Notes: a model not told the origin generated them from the sequence alone. DNA of 64,000 bases from Haliotis cracherodii (GCF_022045235.1 NW_027266264.1:81158001-81222000); one strand, 5' to 3'; positions 1 to 12,889 are shown, numbered from the stretch's first letter. Program-made: numbers and translations.

Positions 1-531
1 TACTGGTTGCCTGGTCACTGTACTGGTTACCTGGTCTGTGTACTGGTTGCCTGGTTAGTGTACTGGTTGCCTGGTCACTGTACTGGTTGCCTGGTCACTG
101 TACTGGTTGCCTGGTCACTGTACTGGTTGCCTGGTTAGTGTACTGGTTGCCTGGTCACTGTACTGGTTGCCTGGTTAGTGTACTGGTTGCCTGGTCACTG
201 TACTGGTTGCCTGGTCACTGTACTGGTTACCTGGTCTGTGTACTGGTTGCCTGGTTAGTGTACTGGTTGCCTGGTCACTGTACTGGTTGCCTGGTCACTG
301 TACTGGTTGCCTGGTCACTGTACTGGTTGTCTGGTTAGTGTACTGGTTGCCTGGTCACTGTACTGGTTGCCTGGTTAGTGTACTGGTTGCCTGGTTAGTG
401 TATTGGTTGCCTGGTTAGTGTACTGGTTGCCTGGTCACTGTACTGGTTGCCTGGTTAGTGTACTGGTTGCCTGGTCACTGTATTGGTTGCCTGGTCACTG
501 TATTGGTTGCCTGGTTAGTGTACTGGTTGCC
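1..531. repeat. 20-bp minisatellite (TACTGGTTGCCTGGTCACTG / ...TTAGTG), intronic in TIMM44
   Basis: Direct 20-nt periodicity, about 26 units, truncated by the window start. Confidence 0.97.
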
Positions 532-842
532 AGGAGTTTGTAGTTAGTCCTGCTTGAACAAGACAAATATGCTTACCTTGTTTACATTTTCTATCATATT
601 TATTCAGATCCATTTATAGCAAAATTGAAGCTTTTAGAACAGGTTCAGAGTCAAATCCCTGAAATGCTGCTAGTCAATGGGGACTGCCATCATTGAATTT
701 TTACTTGTCCTTGGCAGTATTTTATAGTTTCGGGCAATCGAAGTAGCATGGATTTCGAAGGCTGATCACTAGTTATTAATAGTAAGGACACAAAGTGTAG
801 CTGTGATAAGTGTTGTGTCATATAATGTTGTGTTTCTCCCAG

Positions 843-962
843 GACAAGATAATGCGGATACTGTACGTCTGGGCGTTGTGTCGCGACCAGGAAGAGATCA
901 ATCCCCGCGCTGCCTGGAAACTCATGGACCTCTCCGCCAGCACGTCTGAACAGTGGTTGTGA
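843..962 (+). CDS. TIMM44: Terminal coding exon of mitochondrial import inner membrane translocase subunit Tim44
   Basis: Acceptor tgtttctcccAG at 841-842. Phase-0 translation DKIMRILYVWALCRDQEEINPRAAWKLMDLSASTSEQWL* matches the recalled TIMM44 C-terminus (DKVLRMLYVWALCRDQDELNPYAAWRLLDISASSTEQIL). Upstream exons lie outside the window. Confidence 0.93.
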   Translation, partial: DKIMRILYVWALCRDQEEINPRAAWKLMDLSASTSEQWL

Positions 963-2045
963 GGAAAACAGCATCACCGATCCGCAGATGGAAGCCATTT
1001 GAAACAGATGCTGACGATGTGTCTCAGTAGTGTGCCATGAAGACAAGTGTCAGCACCATGCAAGGAAATAGTAGGCCTGATGCAGATTAAATTATGTGAA
1101 TTATGCTTGTGAGGAGTGTGTGACTTCATTGTGTCATGGACACCTGTAGAGAGATGGACATTCAAAGTGCTACAACATTGAAGACGTTAAGTCAGCAGTC
1201 CTGCTAAAAGCTACACAAGTATTTCTGTTTTCAGATTGTGTGATTCAACCATGGTAAACTTGTGCTTATGGTGGCAGTGCAAAAAAGGAAGTTACCCTTA
1301 ACATGATTTATGATGGCGTGTGTTGTTTACAGAGGCATTACTGACACAACTGGAGCTAATCCTGGGGGACATACAGACACTCTAATAACGCTCCATGGAC
1401 ACATACTTTTCCGGCAGGATGACTGATCAGAGTGATGGTTCGGGATATATAGGACAGAAGCAGAAGTTGCACTATAATGGATAACATGGCTGACAGAAAT
1501 GATTCTACACCAAACACATGCATGTGTGTTTATCATGGTCCTCGACAGTTGGGTTAATACATGTATGCAGAAAAATAAGAGGAATAGTCCTTCGCCCCTC
1601 TGCCAATGCTTTTGCAGCATTCGATTGGCGTATCTCCCATACTTTAACATAGACCTGTGACAGTCCTTGTTCTAAAACTTCTTTATGAAACAGGGCGTGA
1701 AGTGTCATTAGAATGTTTCACAAGGATGTGAAGTAACATGAGGGATTATCATGCAGACTCCCGTAAGCAATGCACCCAGTACCCAACAAAGGGGGAACCA
1801 GGCGTAGACTAAAGTATAGAATGAAGTGAATGTACCCAGGTACCAGGTGTCTTGATAACTAACATTAATTCATGAATTGTCTTCCTTGAAAGAAGACTGA
1901 AAAACTGCCTCAAAAATCAAACAAAGAATTAATAAGAGTGACTGGAAAGTGGACAGTACAAAATTTAAATATGACAGATGAAGAAAGTTTGTTCAGAAAC
2001 AAATTGTAGGTACCGATAGTTGTCTCTCTCTTGTCGGAGAGTAGA

Positions 2046-2051
2046 AATAAA
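2046..2051 (+). terminator. Candidate TIMM44 polyadenylation signal
   Basis: AATAAA about 1.1 kb after the TIMM44 stop, followed by U-rich sequence; not the only candidate. Confidence 0.35.
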
Positions 2052-3276
2052 TGTTTCTACTCCAATGGTTTCAAGGTTTAAATGTAATTGTGAGATAGTG
2101 TGAAATGTTGATGACAATGAGTTGATGGTAAAATACAAAACAATATTGTGTCACCTTTCATCAGTGTTGAACTTTTTTCTCTTCTTACCTTGAGGCAGGG
2201 AGATATTGCCATGGGGGAAACGTGTTGTTCCAGATCTTGTGTATTGGGACAAGTAAATTTTAGTTTTGTTCTTCTCAAATTCTGATAAGGACATTATATT
2301 TATTTAGTGGGTTTATGAACTGAAATTAGACATTTTTTTTTTACCATTTTATTGTTTCGCTGACAAGTCTTTGATAGGCATTTCGAAGTTGGAAGAACAT
2401 TTCATGGATAGCATTTCTTTTATTCTGTTTTACAATTAGGTGAAATGAAGAAACCTAGAGATTTTATCATGGCTGTTCATAACAAATGGCGATTTTACAT
2501 ATAAAAATCGTTTTCTAATGAAAAAAAGCAATAAAATATCTTTCTGTATTTTGCTAAGTTAAAACATGTTGTTTTCATTCATTTGTAACAGTACTAATCT
2601 GAACATGCTGAAAGCTGAAAATGACTAAATATGGTTTTTCGACCAACTACCTTCAATTTTAGGCCCAAAAGTTTGTAAACCAACTAACAGAAAATAAAAA
2701 GGATTTTTTTTGGGGGGGGGGACAAATGATTTGGTGCAATCATTTTCATAAATATTATTCAAAGACTTATGAGTGTTAGCATGGTTACGAAGTTAATCAG
2801 CCTCGTCAACAAGGAGTGCTGAAACATATAATACAGGTGTATGTTGTGCAACTGATTGTACATAGACAATGTAATAAAATATTTTACATAGTTGTTTGAT
2901 TTGTGTTCTGGAAACCTGAGAAGGAGACGGCATATTGACCTGGATAATCATGTCATTCTGTCCCAACAATACACTCTCTGTACACTGACCAACTGGCAGG
3001 AAACACATCTACTGGGTGGATGTATGTTGGGATTTGGATCAGGTTTGGTTTAAATCTGCTTAAAAAGTATCTGACTTCTATCATGGTGTGTTGTCAATAT
3101 ATGGGATGAAAGCCCAAGATGACATCAGTGTTTCCGCTGGCTCTTTACATTACTAGTCCCATTGGACTGGCATCTCAAAAAAATACCAGACCCCTCCAGT
3201 TTGTGTCAGTCCCAACTTTGAACACACACCCAAAACATTATCTGGTTTTTATTCTGCCAACATCATGTTCAATTCT

Positions 3277-3735
3277 CAATCTCATTAAAATCAGATCTTA
3301 GTTCTCGCTGCCGCTAAACAAAGATCTGAGGACATCCCATTACGGGTCACGTCAGACCGACCTTGCGCGAACTTTGACCGACCAATGGAATGACCAATCA
3401 GAAGGCAGATTTCACGTGCCTTACGGCACAAATTTCAAATTGGCGACTATATGCTTCGAAACACATTTTGACAAATTCTCAATTACAAATTTGAAACCTG
3501 AACAAAAAAGACATTCTGGAATGGATTATAGATGGTCTAGATTGTAAGGATTCAGTCGTCAAACCCGTAACTATCGTTCAGGATGCCCCATGTTAAAGTT
3601 TTCGAGATTGCATGATTAGAAATCACATTCCGACTGTCACTTTCATAATCTGGTAAGCGACGCACTACTGAATGGGATGTCTTCAGATCTTTGTTTAGCG
3701 GTAGCGAGAATTAAGGTCTGATTTTAATGAGATTG
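3277..3735. mobile_element. Non-autonomous DNA transposon (AcademH-like MITE), ~65-bp TIRs, 10-bp TSD
   Basis: TIRs CAATCTCATTAAAATCAGATCTTAGTTCTCGC.../...TTTTAATGAGATTG; perfect TSD GTTCAATTCT at 3267-3276 and 3736-3745; internal RecQ-like peptide relic. Superfamily assignment is inference. Confidence 0.85.
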
Positions 3736-4429
3736 GTTCAATTCTCTGTATGTTGATGGCTGCCATATTAAAAAATGTTATCCCTGAAATAACTTAGATC
3801 TACACCTCATTCGCACAAATTTCAATCACAGTTTTCTCTTTTTCCCCTGGAATATTTCACTTGTGTTTGAGACAAAGTTGCTACAAATTGCTATTTAACC
3901 TCGAAGAAAAGCAAAATGTTATTTCCTTGCTCAAAACATAGACAATGGGACCTTATCCACAGGGACTGGCAGTCCCATGAATTACTGCACTAAGCCTAAT
4001 TTTATTGGTAATAAACTGGTAATCACCGTTAAACCAGAACACTGACAATGGTCGTAAAAAAGGAAAGGGTACTAAGCCGACAGACCCACATCCAAGGGAC
4101 ATAACTCTGCACAGTGAATTGTGGCAGTAAGGTGTAAAAGTATTGCAAAGACTTACTATATTTGTTAGTCAATGAAATGGTAATGTGGTAGTGGGGAGTT
4201 TCAGTGAGTGTTGGATAATGAGAGGATACTCTCACCTGAACTCACAAATGAACCAATTCACCAAGGGTGTTTATTTACCTCAAAATATGTTGGGTCATAC
4301 AAGATGTCAACATTTCTGATTTTTTCAATTGACAATAAATATTACCAACTTGGATCATAGAGGCTTCACTAGGTAAGTAACATCTAGGTCATCACAGTAT
4401 AACACAAAAAACAGACGATATATAGACAA

Positions 4430-4435
4430 TTTATT
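4430..4435 (-). terminator. C9orf85 polyadenylation signal
   Basis: TTTATT on + = AATAAA on -, 33 nt downstream of the stop codon. Confidence 0.6.
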
Positions 4436-4468
4436 TACAAGTCTTCCGCCATTTTCACAAGTCATTGT

Positions 4469-4731
4469 TCACTTTTCAAACCATGTTTCCAATTTTGAAC
4501 CTGACTCGATATCCCTGCCCGGTGGAGTTGTGTTTTCTAGGGCAGTTGTTCCACCTTCTTCCTGTACGTCATCCCCATCATTACTGGCACAACTGTCCGA
4601 GTCGGATGGATCATCCCGATTGTCCTTGTCGATGTCGTCATCATTGTCTTCATCATTGTCATCACCATCCCTGCATTTCTCCAGGAAGTCCCCTTTCAGC
4701 TTTCCTTGTGCTTGCAGACGGAAGAAGGAAC
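4469..4731 (-). CDS. C9orf85: C9orf85 homolog, last coding exon (acidic tail)
   Basis: Acceptor atgtttcAG; phase 1 joins the previous exon (C+GT=Arg); RSFFRLQAQGKLKG...DDNDEDNDDD...WFEK*. Confidence 0.85.
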
Positions 4732-5382
4732 CTGAAACATATGGAACATCATGATATTGCTTCAATGGAAACTGTCAAAGTTAAAAAAATAACCAGCAAT
4801 AAATTAAATAATAAGACACTTTTCACAATCTTATGAATGACCTTGACATTTGACATAAATCCCATTGACATCTGCAGTAAGTAATAACATGCATGCATTC
4901 AAACACCATGCTTAATTTTTAATTAAAATACTAAAGTATATCCGAATGGCTGACATTCACAAAAAATTGAAACTTGACCTTGAACTTTGTTCGATCTTGA
5001 CCAGAACTTTTCCAAAGCAGGACCCTATCTTCGAGAACAAATGTAAGTTTGGAAAAAGTGCAATCACAAACTTTTAAGTGACTATTTTACATATTGTGAC
5101 CTTGATCTTCTCATGCTCAATGTGATTAAAAAAATCCCCAGTGTCATGGTATGATGTCCTCCAATGTCAAAAATCTAAATAGAAGCCAAGAAAAAGATAC
5201 TGGCAACTAACAATATACACACTGAAATGTTTTCATCTGTGGGTCAACACACATGTACATGCTGCCCTTGGTGTGTTCCCACATGTGGAAATTGACGTCC
5301 ATGTGTTTACACACGTGGAATTCTGTCCTGTGTGTCTACCCAATGTCTAACTACCGGCATGGGATCCTGCAGCAACACTTAC

Positions 5383-5465
5383 GTCTCTGCCTCTCTGTCA
5401 GGTACTTGATCTCTTGTTCCAGTCGACTGTCTTCCACTGCCTGCTGCTCTGCAGTCAACCCTGGT
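5383..5465 (-). CDS. C9orf85: C9orf85 homolog, coding exon 3
   Basis: tgtgttccAG acceptor, GTAAGT donor; QPGLTAEQQAVEDSRLEQEIKYLTERQR; phases 2 and 1 fit both neighbouring exons. Confidence 0.85.
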
Positions 5466-5509
5466 CTGGAACACAACGCAGTATCATCAAGTACTTCAAG
5501 AGGTCACAC

Positions 5510-5657
5510 ATCCATGAAAATCCGGGTCAGAATAGGTCTTCAGCAACCTATGCTTGCTGTAAAAGGCAACTGTGCTTGTCGTAAGAGGCGACTAACAGGA
5601 TCGGTTGGTCAAGCTCACTGACTTGGTTGATGCATGTCATCGTATCCCAATTACGTA
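5510..5657 (+). mobile_element. Retroposon family A (structured non-tRNA head), 3'-truncated
   Basis: Aligns by eye to copies at 10029, 30405, 32938, 46148. Confidence 0.85.
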
Positions 5658-6040
5658 ACAGCACCGGACAACTGCCTCGTATTGTAAATAGTCAGAGTCA
5701 GATGATGGCTTGTTTTTAAGATTAAGTTGTCTTTTAGCCTATAAGAGAATGAGATTTTTTACAGTTGTTCATGTGATTGGCGAGAAAACTATGAATATTT
5801 CTTCAGCGTCTGAAAACCCATAACATGGGGATATATGTTGTATTAATGTCTTGCAATGGAGTTTTGTTTTTTTTCAACAAAAGGTAAGTAAGTACAAAGT
5901 AAGTTTTTTTTTATATGCTTCAACATGGGGAAAGGGTCAGACATTGCACACTTGTGACAGTTGTCCTTGTGTCCGGGAGATGGGGGTTGAAATTTATGGC
6001 AATATTGCTCCCAGACCTGGCAGGTAGCCGGGTGCGCGGA

Positions 6041-6237
6041 AGCCGAAGTAATGCAGGTCTCAGACGGTTACCACTTCGGTGAAACCCACAAGCATGGGTA
6101 TGGCGCTGACAAACCTAGAAACCTAATCAGGACGAACCGGGATTCGAACCCACAATCAAAGGTTTCTGGCGTGCCCAAGGGACCCAACTCTGCACAGCGA
6201 ATCACGGCACCTTAAACAACTGGGCCACCTGTGCCCC
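6041..6237 (-). mobile_element. tRNA-derived SINE family C, partial
   Basis: Reverse complement of the 58323-58607 copy (A box GGTGGCCCAGTTGTTTAAGG, B box GGTTCGAATCC). Confidence 0.85.
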
Positions 6238-6587
6238 TTAGAAACAAATGAACTCATGATTCTGAAAACAAGAGTTTCAAATGACATCTGGCGAAGATGA
6301 CAGGTTCCACAAAGTGATCTCAGCACTATGACTAGCACAGGTCATAGCTACTGTCATACGATGGCTTTGTGAACCCTGCATTAGGTTTGTGAATGTCATG
6401 ACACATTAAATAATAACGCCATGAAAGCTTAAATTTGGGTCTTATTTGGTGATGAACACTAATTTTTACAGTAATTAGTAAAAACTTTATTCTGTGATAC
6501 TGTCACATGTCCTGTAATAATCTTTTGTCAGTATATCAGAATTCTCTGTGGAGAATCACTGATTTGTTACAACCCCTGTGAACTTAC

Positions 6588-6701
6588 TGCACAACAATGT
6601 CCTTCTTCTCTCCACATTTACAGCAGATTTCGCTGGCTTGTCCACAGGGCAAACAGATATTATAGTACGCTTTCTTCACTGTCTTCTCACTGCATTTAAT
6701 G
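6588..6701 (-). CDS. C9orf85: C9orf85 homolog, coding exon 2 (Cys-rich CxxC motifs)
   Basis: ttttcattcAG acceptor, GTAAGT donor; CIKCSEKTVKKAYYNICLPCGQASEICCKCGEKKDIVV matches C9orf85 CVKC..KTVK..YH..C.PC....VCAKCG. Confidence 0.93.
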
Positions 6702-7315
6702 CTGAATGAAAACAGAAAATACATAAACACACAGTATCTAGGAACAAACAGCAACAAGACAATTGTAAATATGACCTCACCCAAACCCAATACTGTGAAT
6801 TCCTCATAGTCTTGTTATTTGCAGACTTAAGGCGATGCCATTAGTTGGTATACACACACTAGGACCCATAACCCAAACTGACCACATGACCTAAACATTT
6901 CTCACAGACAGACCCTCCTGCTTCACATGCACGAGACACTGTCTCTATGACGTCACACATCTACACATCAAGACCATTGGCTGAAGAGTCAAATTTCCTG
7001 CCGATCTTCCCTCGAACAACATATGTTACAGATTGTTCTGGTCAATATGCCAAGAGCCATAATAATAGCTTGATTTGGGGTTAATTTCTCCAAAATAACT
7101 CAAAATATAAACATTTCCTTTTTACTTTTGCAAAATTTGTCAAAACAAGATAAATTGGTAAATTAGGTACACTGTACTCTACAGGTCACCATGAACATGA
7201 TGAAATGATAAAAGTTTAAAAAAACTCAGTTAAAAACAATATGTTTAGTGAGTGAGTATTATGCCACTTGGAACAATGTTTCAGTTAAATCACTACATGT
7301 CAGCGTACTCCATAC

Positions 7316-7524
7316 CATTTCTTGGGAACGGTGAGTGGCTTGTATTTTCCGTATTTTATTTTCCACTCAATCTTTTCTTTGCAACGTTGACACAAGCTTG
7401 GGAGTTCTGTTTGATTGATGGTAGCAATCTTCTTGGATTTGTTATACATGTCATTTCTGAAGACGGATGTATTTGGATGTTTCTGCTTGCGAGATTTGTT
7501 CACATTTCCTTTTTGGCTGCTCAT
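7316..7524 (-). CDS. C9orf85: C9orf85 homolog, first coding exon
   Basis: MSSQKGNVNKSRKQKHPNT..CQRCKEKIEWKIKYGKYKPL matches the human C9orf85 N-terminus. GTATG donor at 7315; acceptor at 7545-7546 implies an upstream non-coding exon. Joined CDS is 669 nt = 222 aa. Confidence 0.95.
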
Positions 7525-8335
7525 ATTTACGTTCTACACAGAGTCTGAAATGAGAACAAACATATAAACACAAAACAGATATATCCTAATGTCTTTGAGA
7601 CAGATAACAATTCAGAGTCTGATCCTAGATGAGTTTCAAAAGCTTTAAGATATTTACTGATTTGTATATCAGCAACTATGAACAGTGATGAAGTATAATA
7701 TTCTCTGACATATAGCACAAATAGTGTAAAGAAGAGTTTCACACAATATACTGTCTTGCATGTGTAGGAAGCCTCACTACAGACATAAATGGGCTTCCGG
7801 CACATGTATTGAAATTTCTTAAATCTTCATTGACATTGTTCGTGGTTAGAAAGCACTAATGATAGTTTTCTTCAGAAGCATTTGTTACCTCCCTTTTCAT
7901 TAAGAGTGAACAAGTTGGGTTTACAAAGGGTTTGAGCAGCTGACAAAGAGTTTAAATTAACCAGGGTGTATCAGGGTTTCCAACCCACACCCAAAAGATC
8001 CTTGAATGCCAAAGGGACACATCTCTGTGGCCTCTCACTAATGACATTTAGATTTTATGACTGCTGGCTTAAAACCACATGATCATGATGACAACAAAAA
8101 CAATTTGATTGTTATTCTGTAGGGCAAATATTGAACTTGTAAGACAGATATTAAATTGGATCTTTTACTCTGATTCCATACATTTCTCTGCCAAGATCGG
8201 ACAAACCTGGCAGGAGGTCATGTCGGATGAGCCCTGAGCAAACGCACGATCAAAAGAACAATGCATGGATTCTTGAGCCAAACAGATGACATCTTTTATA
8301 ACTACTTTGCTTAATTTCTTTATTACCTCCATTCA

Positions 8336-8521
8336 GTAATCTGATCGCAACCAAAGACCATATCGGTATATGGTCTCTGTCACAACCAAAGACCATATAA
8401 TATACCGATATGGTCTATGGTAATCTGATTGCAGCCAACGACCATATATACCGATATGGTCTCTGGTAATCTGATCGCAACCAAAGACCATATCAGTATA
8501 TGGTCTCTGTCGCAACCAAAG
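8336..8521. repeat. Short tandem array of palindromic units (AGACCATAT-n-ATATGGTCT)
   Basis: About 4-5 imperfect units, each with an internal inverted repeat, in C9orf85 intron 1. Confidence 0.8.
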
Positions 8522-8770
8522 AAATTCCCCACACAAAAGTTTTCTTCAAAATAGTAAACCCTTGTACCTGAGTTTGACATGGCTATTAGGATATTCTGTG
8601 ACCAGTGAAAATCTAGAATGACCAGTTGTGATCGCAGGTGATACATGTATGATCCTAATATATACATATTTATTAAACATCCTTATTTACTGAAATTGTA
8701 TGACTAGCTTTATTTTATTTTGAATTGTACGTGGGTAGTAAATAACCAAAAAAACATTTTCGGAACTTAC

Positions 8771-9324
8771 CTAATAGATCCCACCACCGAAATATTGAAT
8801 GTTAGATATAATGTTATATGTGGTGTAGACGTTGAATAGCTAAAATTAGTCAAATGTATTGCGCGACAACGTGTACACTTATCAAAGTAAACATCAACAC
8901 AAACGAGCACTTGCAACATGTGGTGAAATGTAAAAGAGACAACCGGAAGTAGGATTGGAAACGGATGTGGTGTACAGTCGAGGTACGGAGACAAGTGTAA
9001 ATAATAACATGTCGTCGGTAGCGATTCCATCATTTTTATAACCCAAGGCATATTTTTTGTTTTGTCATACAGTGATAATAAACCAAAAATATTTGATGTA
9101 ATTTGACCGATCCTACAATCTTTCCGGAAGACGATTTTGTGCATGACGTCACCAGAAGGAGTCGTAAATGTTTTCCGACAGAACAAACAATATTGTCTAA
9201 TGTTTTCGATAGAGAAGTCAGGACAAGCACATATCTACATGGTTGAAACTATCAGGGTTGTGTAGAACATTTCATTTGAGCCTACCTCCCTTCTTCACTC
9301 TCAGTTTCCCGCGATTCTTCCATC
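8771..9324. promoter_or_regulatory. Bidirectional promoter region C9orf85 / ABHD17, with probable non-coding first exon(s)
   Basis: CpG-rich patch between divergent genes; ETS-type CCGGAAGT 8943-8950 and TTCCGGAAG 9122-9130; CRE TGACGTCA 9144-9151; minus-strand donor AG|GTAAGT at 8770. Confidence 0.65.
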
Positions 9325-9971
9325 ATGAACGGCTTGTCTCTCAGTGAGCTTTGTTGTCTTTTCTGTTGTCCGCCATGTCCATCCCGAATTGCAGCTAAAC
9401 TGGCATTCCTTCCTCCGGAGCCGACTTATTCCTTGGTTTCCGACGAAGCAGGGTCCAGGTACAGCCTACACCTCAAAGATCGGGCGGAATGGCAGTATAC
9501 CCAGAGAGAACTAGACTGCATTGAAGTCTTTATGACACGAACCGCAAGAGGAAACCAAATCTCCTGTATGTTTGCTAGATGTTCCCCAAACGCACGCTTC
9601 ACCATTCTGTTCAGCCATGGAAATGCTGTTGATCTTGGACAGATGAGTAGCTTTTATATTGGACTTGGCTCAAGAATCAATTGCAATATATTCAGCTTTG
9701 ACTATTCTGGCTATGGTGTGAGCTCAGGAAAACCTTCAGAAAAAAATCTCTATGCAGACATAGATGCAGCCTGGCAGGCACTGCGGACAAGATATGGAAT
9801 AAATCCCCAGAATGTCATCCTATATGGCCAGAGTATAGGAACTGTACCAACAGTCGACCTAGCTTCCAGATATGAAGTCGGTGCTGTCGTCCTTCACTCA
9901 CCCCTGATGTCTGGAATGAGGGTTGCTTTCCCCGAAACCAAGAGAACCTGGTTCTTTGATGCCTTCCCCAG
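9325..9971 (+). CDS. ABHD17: Alpha/beta hydrolase domain-containing protein 17 (protein depalmitoylase), coding exon 1
   Basis: [35 protein letters not shown] palmitoylation Cys cluster, SHGNAVDLG, nucleophile GQSIG; AG|GTGTGC donor, phase 2. Confidence 0.97.
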
Positions 9972-10028
9972 GTGTGCTTTATGCTCATATTATGTGAAGT
10001 CCATGAATTTTATCTAATCAATTAATAT

Positions 10029-10268
10029 CTGAAGACCCGGGTTAGAATGGGTCTTCAGCAACCCATGCTTGTTGTAAGAGACGACTATGCTGGTTGTAAG
10101 GTTCGACTAACGGGATTGGGGGTGCTCACTGACTTGTTTGTGGCTTGTCATCCTATCCCAACTGTTCATGATGTCTATCATTGGATTATCAGGTCCAGAC
10201 TTGATTATTTACAGACCACCTTGACATAGCTGCAATATTGCTGTGTGTGGTGTTAAACAACAAACAAA
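10029..10268 (+). mobile_element. Retroposon family A copy in ABHD17 intron
   Basis: TGAAGACCCGGGTTAGAATGGGTCTTCAGCAACCC head through ...GTTAAACAACAAAC tail. Confidence 0.85.
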
Positions 10269-10915
10269 TGTAATTGGTTATTTCATTGATGATCTGTTAC
10301 AAAATGAATCATTACATGTTATCATGGTCATGTCATTTTTGAAAATAAGTCTTATCAAGTCAACACAATTATTAATGTTTATTATTGACAATATTTAAGT
10401 GTAAAAAACCTCACCTGTCACTCTGTTTGAGCTGGCTCCTAGCTTCGTTGACATAAGAAAGCATTTAACAGTTGAGTTAAGTCCTTATTTTCACAAGAGA
10501 AATACAGTTAGTATATCCTTTTGTAGGTTTTTCATATTTTAATTATGACATGTATGAGTTGTTTTATCATTGTTCAAAACATTTGACAAATTGTTCCTTA
10601 CCTATCCTGCCTATGGCAGTTTTGATTCTAAGCCAAATGCATGTCTTTTAAATATTGCAAAGAAAGCAAAAAAATATATGAAAAGGTTAAGTTAAAGCTT
10701 CCCTTTATTCAAAATAAACCAAAATTTAAAAGGTTGCTCATAGGTAATTTTATCCTATTTCCGAAATTGAAACAAAAAGGGTAACTCATCTTTATGAATG
10801 TGACCTTTTAGGCTCATGAATTCTCCCCCCATTTCTCCTGCCCCTTTTCTTAAGCCCTTGTTTTATTCTGTTTATGGTTGTTGTGTACTCTGACAAATAT
10901 GTATGTTAGGATTAA

Positions 10916-11233
10916 CAGCATTAGAAACTGGCACTAGTCCTAATACTCCCATAGTCCTTGCCAAACTGCCCAAAAGTTAAGGTATTGTAAGAACTAGTAG
11001 AAATGGAAATGCAGCAGTAGAAACTAACAGTTTCAGTCCACTAGTCCTTATAATGATAGCATATAGCTAAACCTTTAAAAATGTCAAAATTCTACAAGTC
11101 CTTAGGATACCTTTACTATTGGGCAGTTTGGCAAGGACTATAGGACTAGTGCCAATTTCTAACCCTATATATTATATATTATCATTATAGACATGATAGA
11201 CTAGTGGACTAGAACAGTTAGTTTCTATCGCTG
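10916..11233. mobile_element. hAT-like MITE containing an inverted copy of itself
   Basis: Termini CAGCATTAGAAAC / TTTCTATCGCTG; inner inverted copy ~11012-11167; same family at 17336-17649 and a fragment at ~58873-58930. Confidence 0.65.
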
Positions 11234-12889
11234 ATCTACATTTGAAGCAGGAGTTGCAGGCATTTTCCTCCATGATCTTTTATGATGCAATTGATGCTAA
11301 CTGCTGGAGTAAAGGTCAAGGAGCAAATACCTCTGTGTGCATACCATGGTATAATGGGTGGTTCAAACTGTCTACACCTATGTCACTGTGAGCTGAATCA
11401 AATTCAGTAATCATGAACATAGCAGCTGTTTATTCTCATAACTTGGTGCTACTCTGTCATGTCCATATCAAATGTGCAATATTGATTTCATCTCTTGCAT
11501 ATTGGCTATCCAATACAAGTCTTGAGACATAATGATAACCCAATATGTTATTTTTTGGTGTCTATTCATTCCGTTTTCTATTTTTGCACATGAAAATATT
11601 TCAAACTCCCTCCCTATTTGAGAACATGCTGAAGGATATAATTACAAGTAATTCGTCACCAGCCTTGGCCATTAATCACGTTAATCATGCTAATTACCTT
11701 GACATAGCTCAGAGCCAATGCAAGGAGAACCATGAGCCTTAGTTGTTTTCAATGTTTATCAATGAGATCAGGTACTTTAGTGTATGATTGTGAGGCAGGT
11801 ACCGATATCAATTACAATACCTTTACCTCACAGATGTTTCTTGCATGCATAACATGTGGTAACTTGTTAATGCATAAATTATCACATGAATGGTAGATTT
11901 GTGAATTATGCTTGGAATTTGACCAACTATGTTTACTTTAACATACAATATATCTGACTTTAGTTTCCTCAAAGTGAACATCAGTTATGAATTTTAAATG
12001 CCTTCAAACAGTAGAAAGTGATATTACTAGAAACTCATGAATCAGATCTCGTTACTGTGGCAACCTTACTTTCCTGATCAGTACAGTAGTAGATGAATAC
12101 CCACAGTGAAATGCTAATATTGCTAAAATGGTGTAAAATTATACTCGCTCACTCCCTAAATCTCAAACTGACTTGATGTGGATCCTTGGTTTATCAGCAC
12201 CATATCCGTGGTCATGTTTATCACCATGTGGTAAAGTGTCTACCTCCTGTGCTTATTGTGTGATCTAACTGAAATATGCTTCATCATGTTCAAAGAGGTT
12301 TTCAGCACAACTCACTAACTCACTATAAGTGGTTTGGTTTTGGGTAAGGTTTGGGGTTGTTTGTTGTTTAATGCCTCACCCACCAATATAAGTGGTTAGT
12401 AACCAGTTTATCTGCATTATTTCAGGGGAAACCAAACTGTTAACATCAGCCAAGTCCCAAAACATTCCTTTCTGATGATGATGTAGGCTTGGTTGTCATG
12501 GTTATGTGTCACATGGTATGGGAAATATGTGTATGGAGTACTTTAATATTCATGTCATTTATGAAGGAACAAGACCCAGTCCTTTTTCAGTTTTATTTGA
12601 TGATGATTATTTGGTGGAAACAAATTCTTAAATGTTGCATAAGACGAGAGGAAAATCCCCTTGACTATGTTCAGAATGGTGACACACATGTTCAGAACAA
12701 ACTCAATAGTTTTATTAACAAATGGGTAATCTGTGCTTTATGGAAATATTCAAAAAGCTAGAATCAGCAATTAACAGAATTAATATGATTATATCCAGTC
12801 ACGGTCATAACTCGGTCGATGCATCTGTCTTTTGCATAGTTCAACATGTTCAGGGTCATGGCAGTTATTGGATCCTACACTGGGTTTTT

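Noticed and set aside
608-696. Apparent terminal exon DPFIAKLKLLEQVQSQIPEMLLVNGDCHH*
   Set aside because: No recognisable homology. The true TIMM44 last exon is at 843-962, so this lies in the intron.
8336-8521. Palindromic repeats resembling a CRISPR array (also the 53-bp and 46-bp arrays)
   Set aside because: No unique spacers, no cas genes, eukaryotic intron or intergenic context.
10029-10070. CTGAAGA as a hammerhead CUGANGA core in family A
   Set aside because: No correctly placed GAAA and stem II/III on either strand, and other copies read GTGAA or ATGAA.
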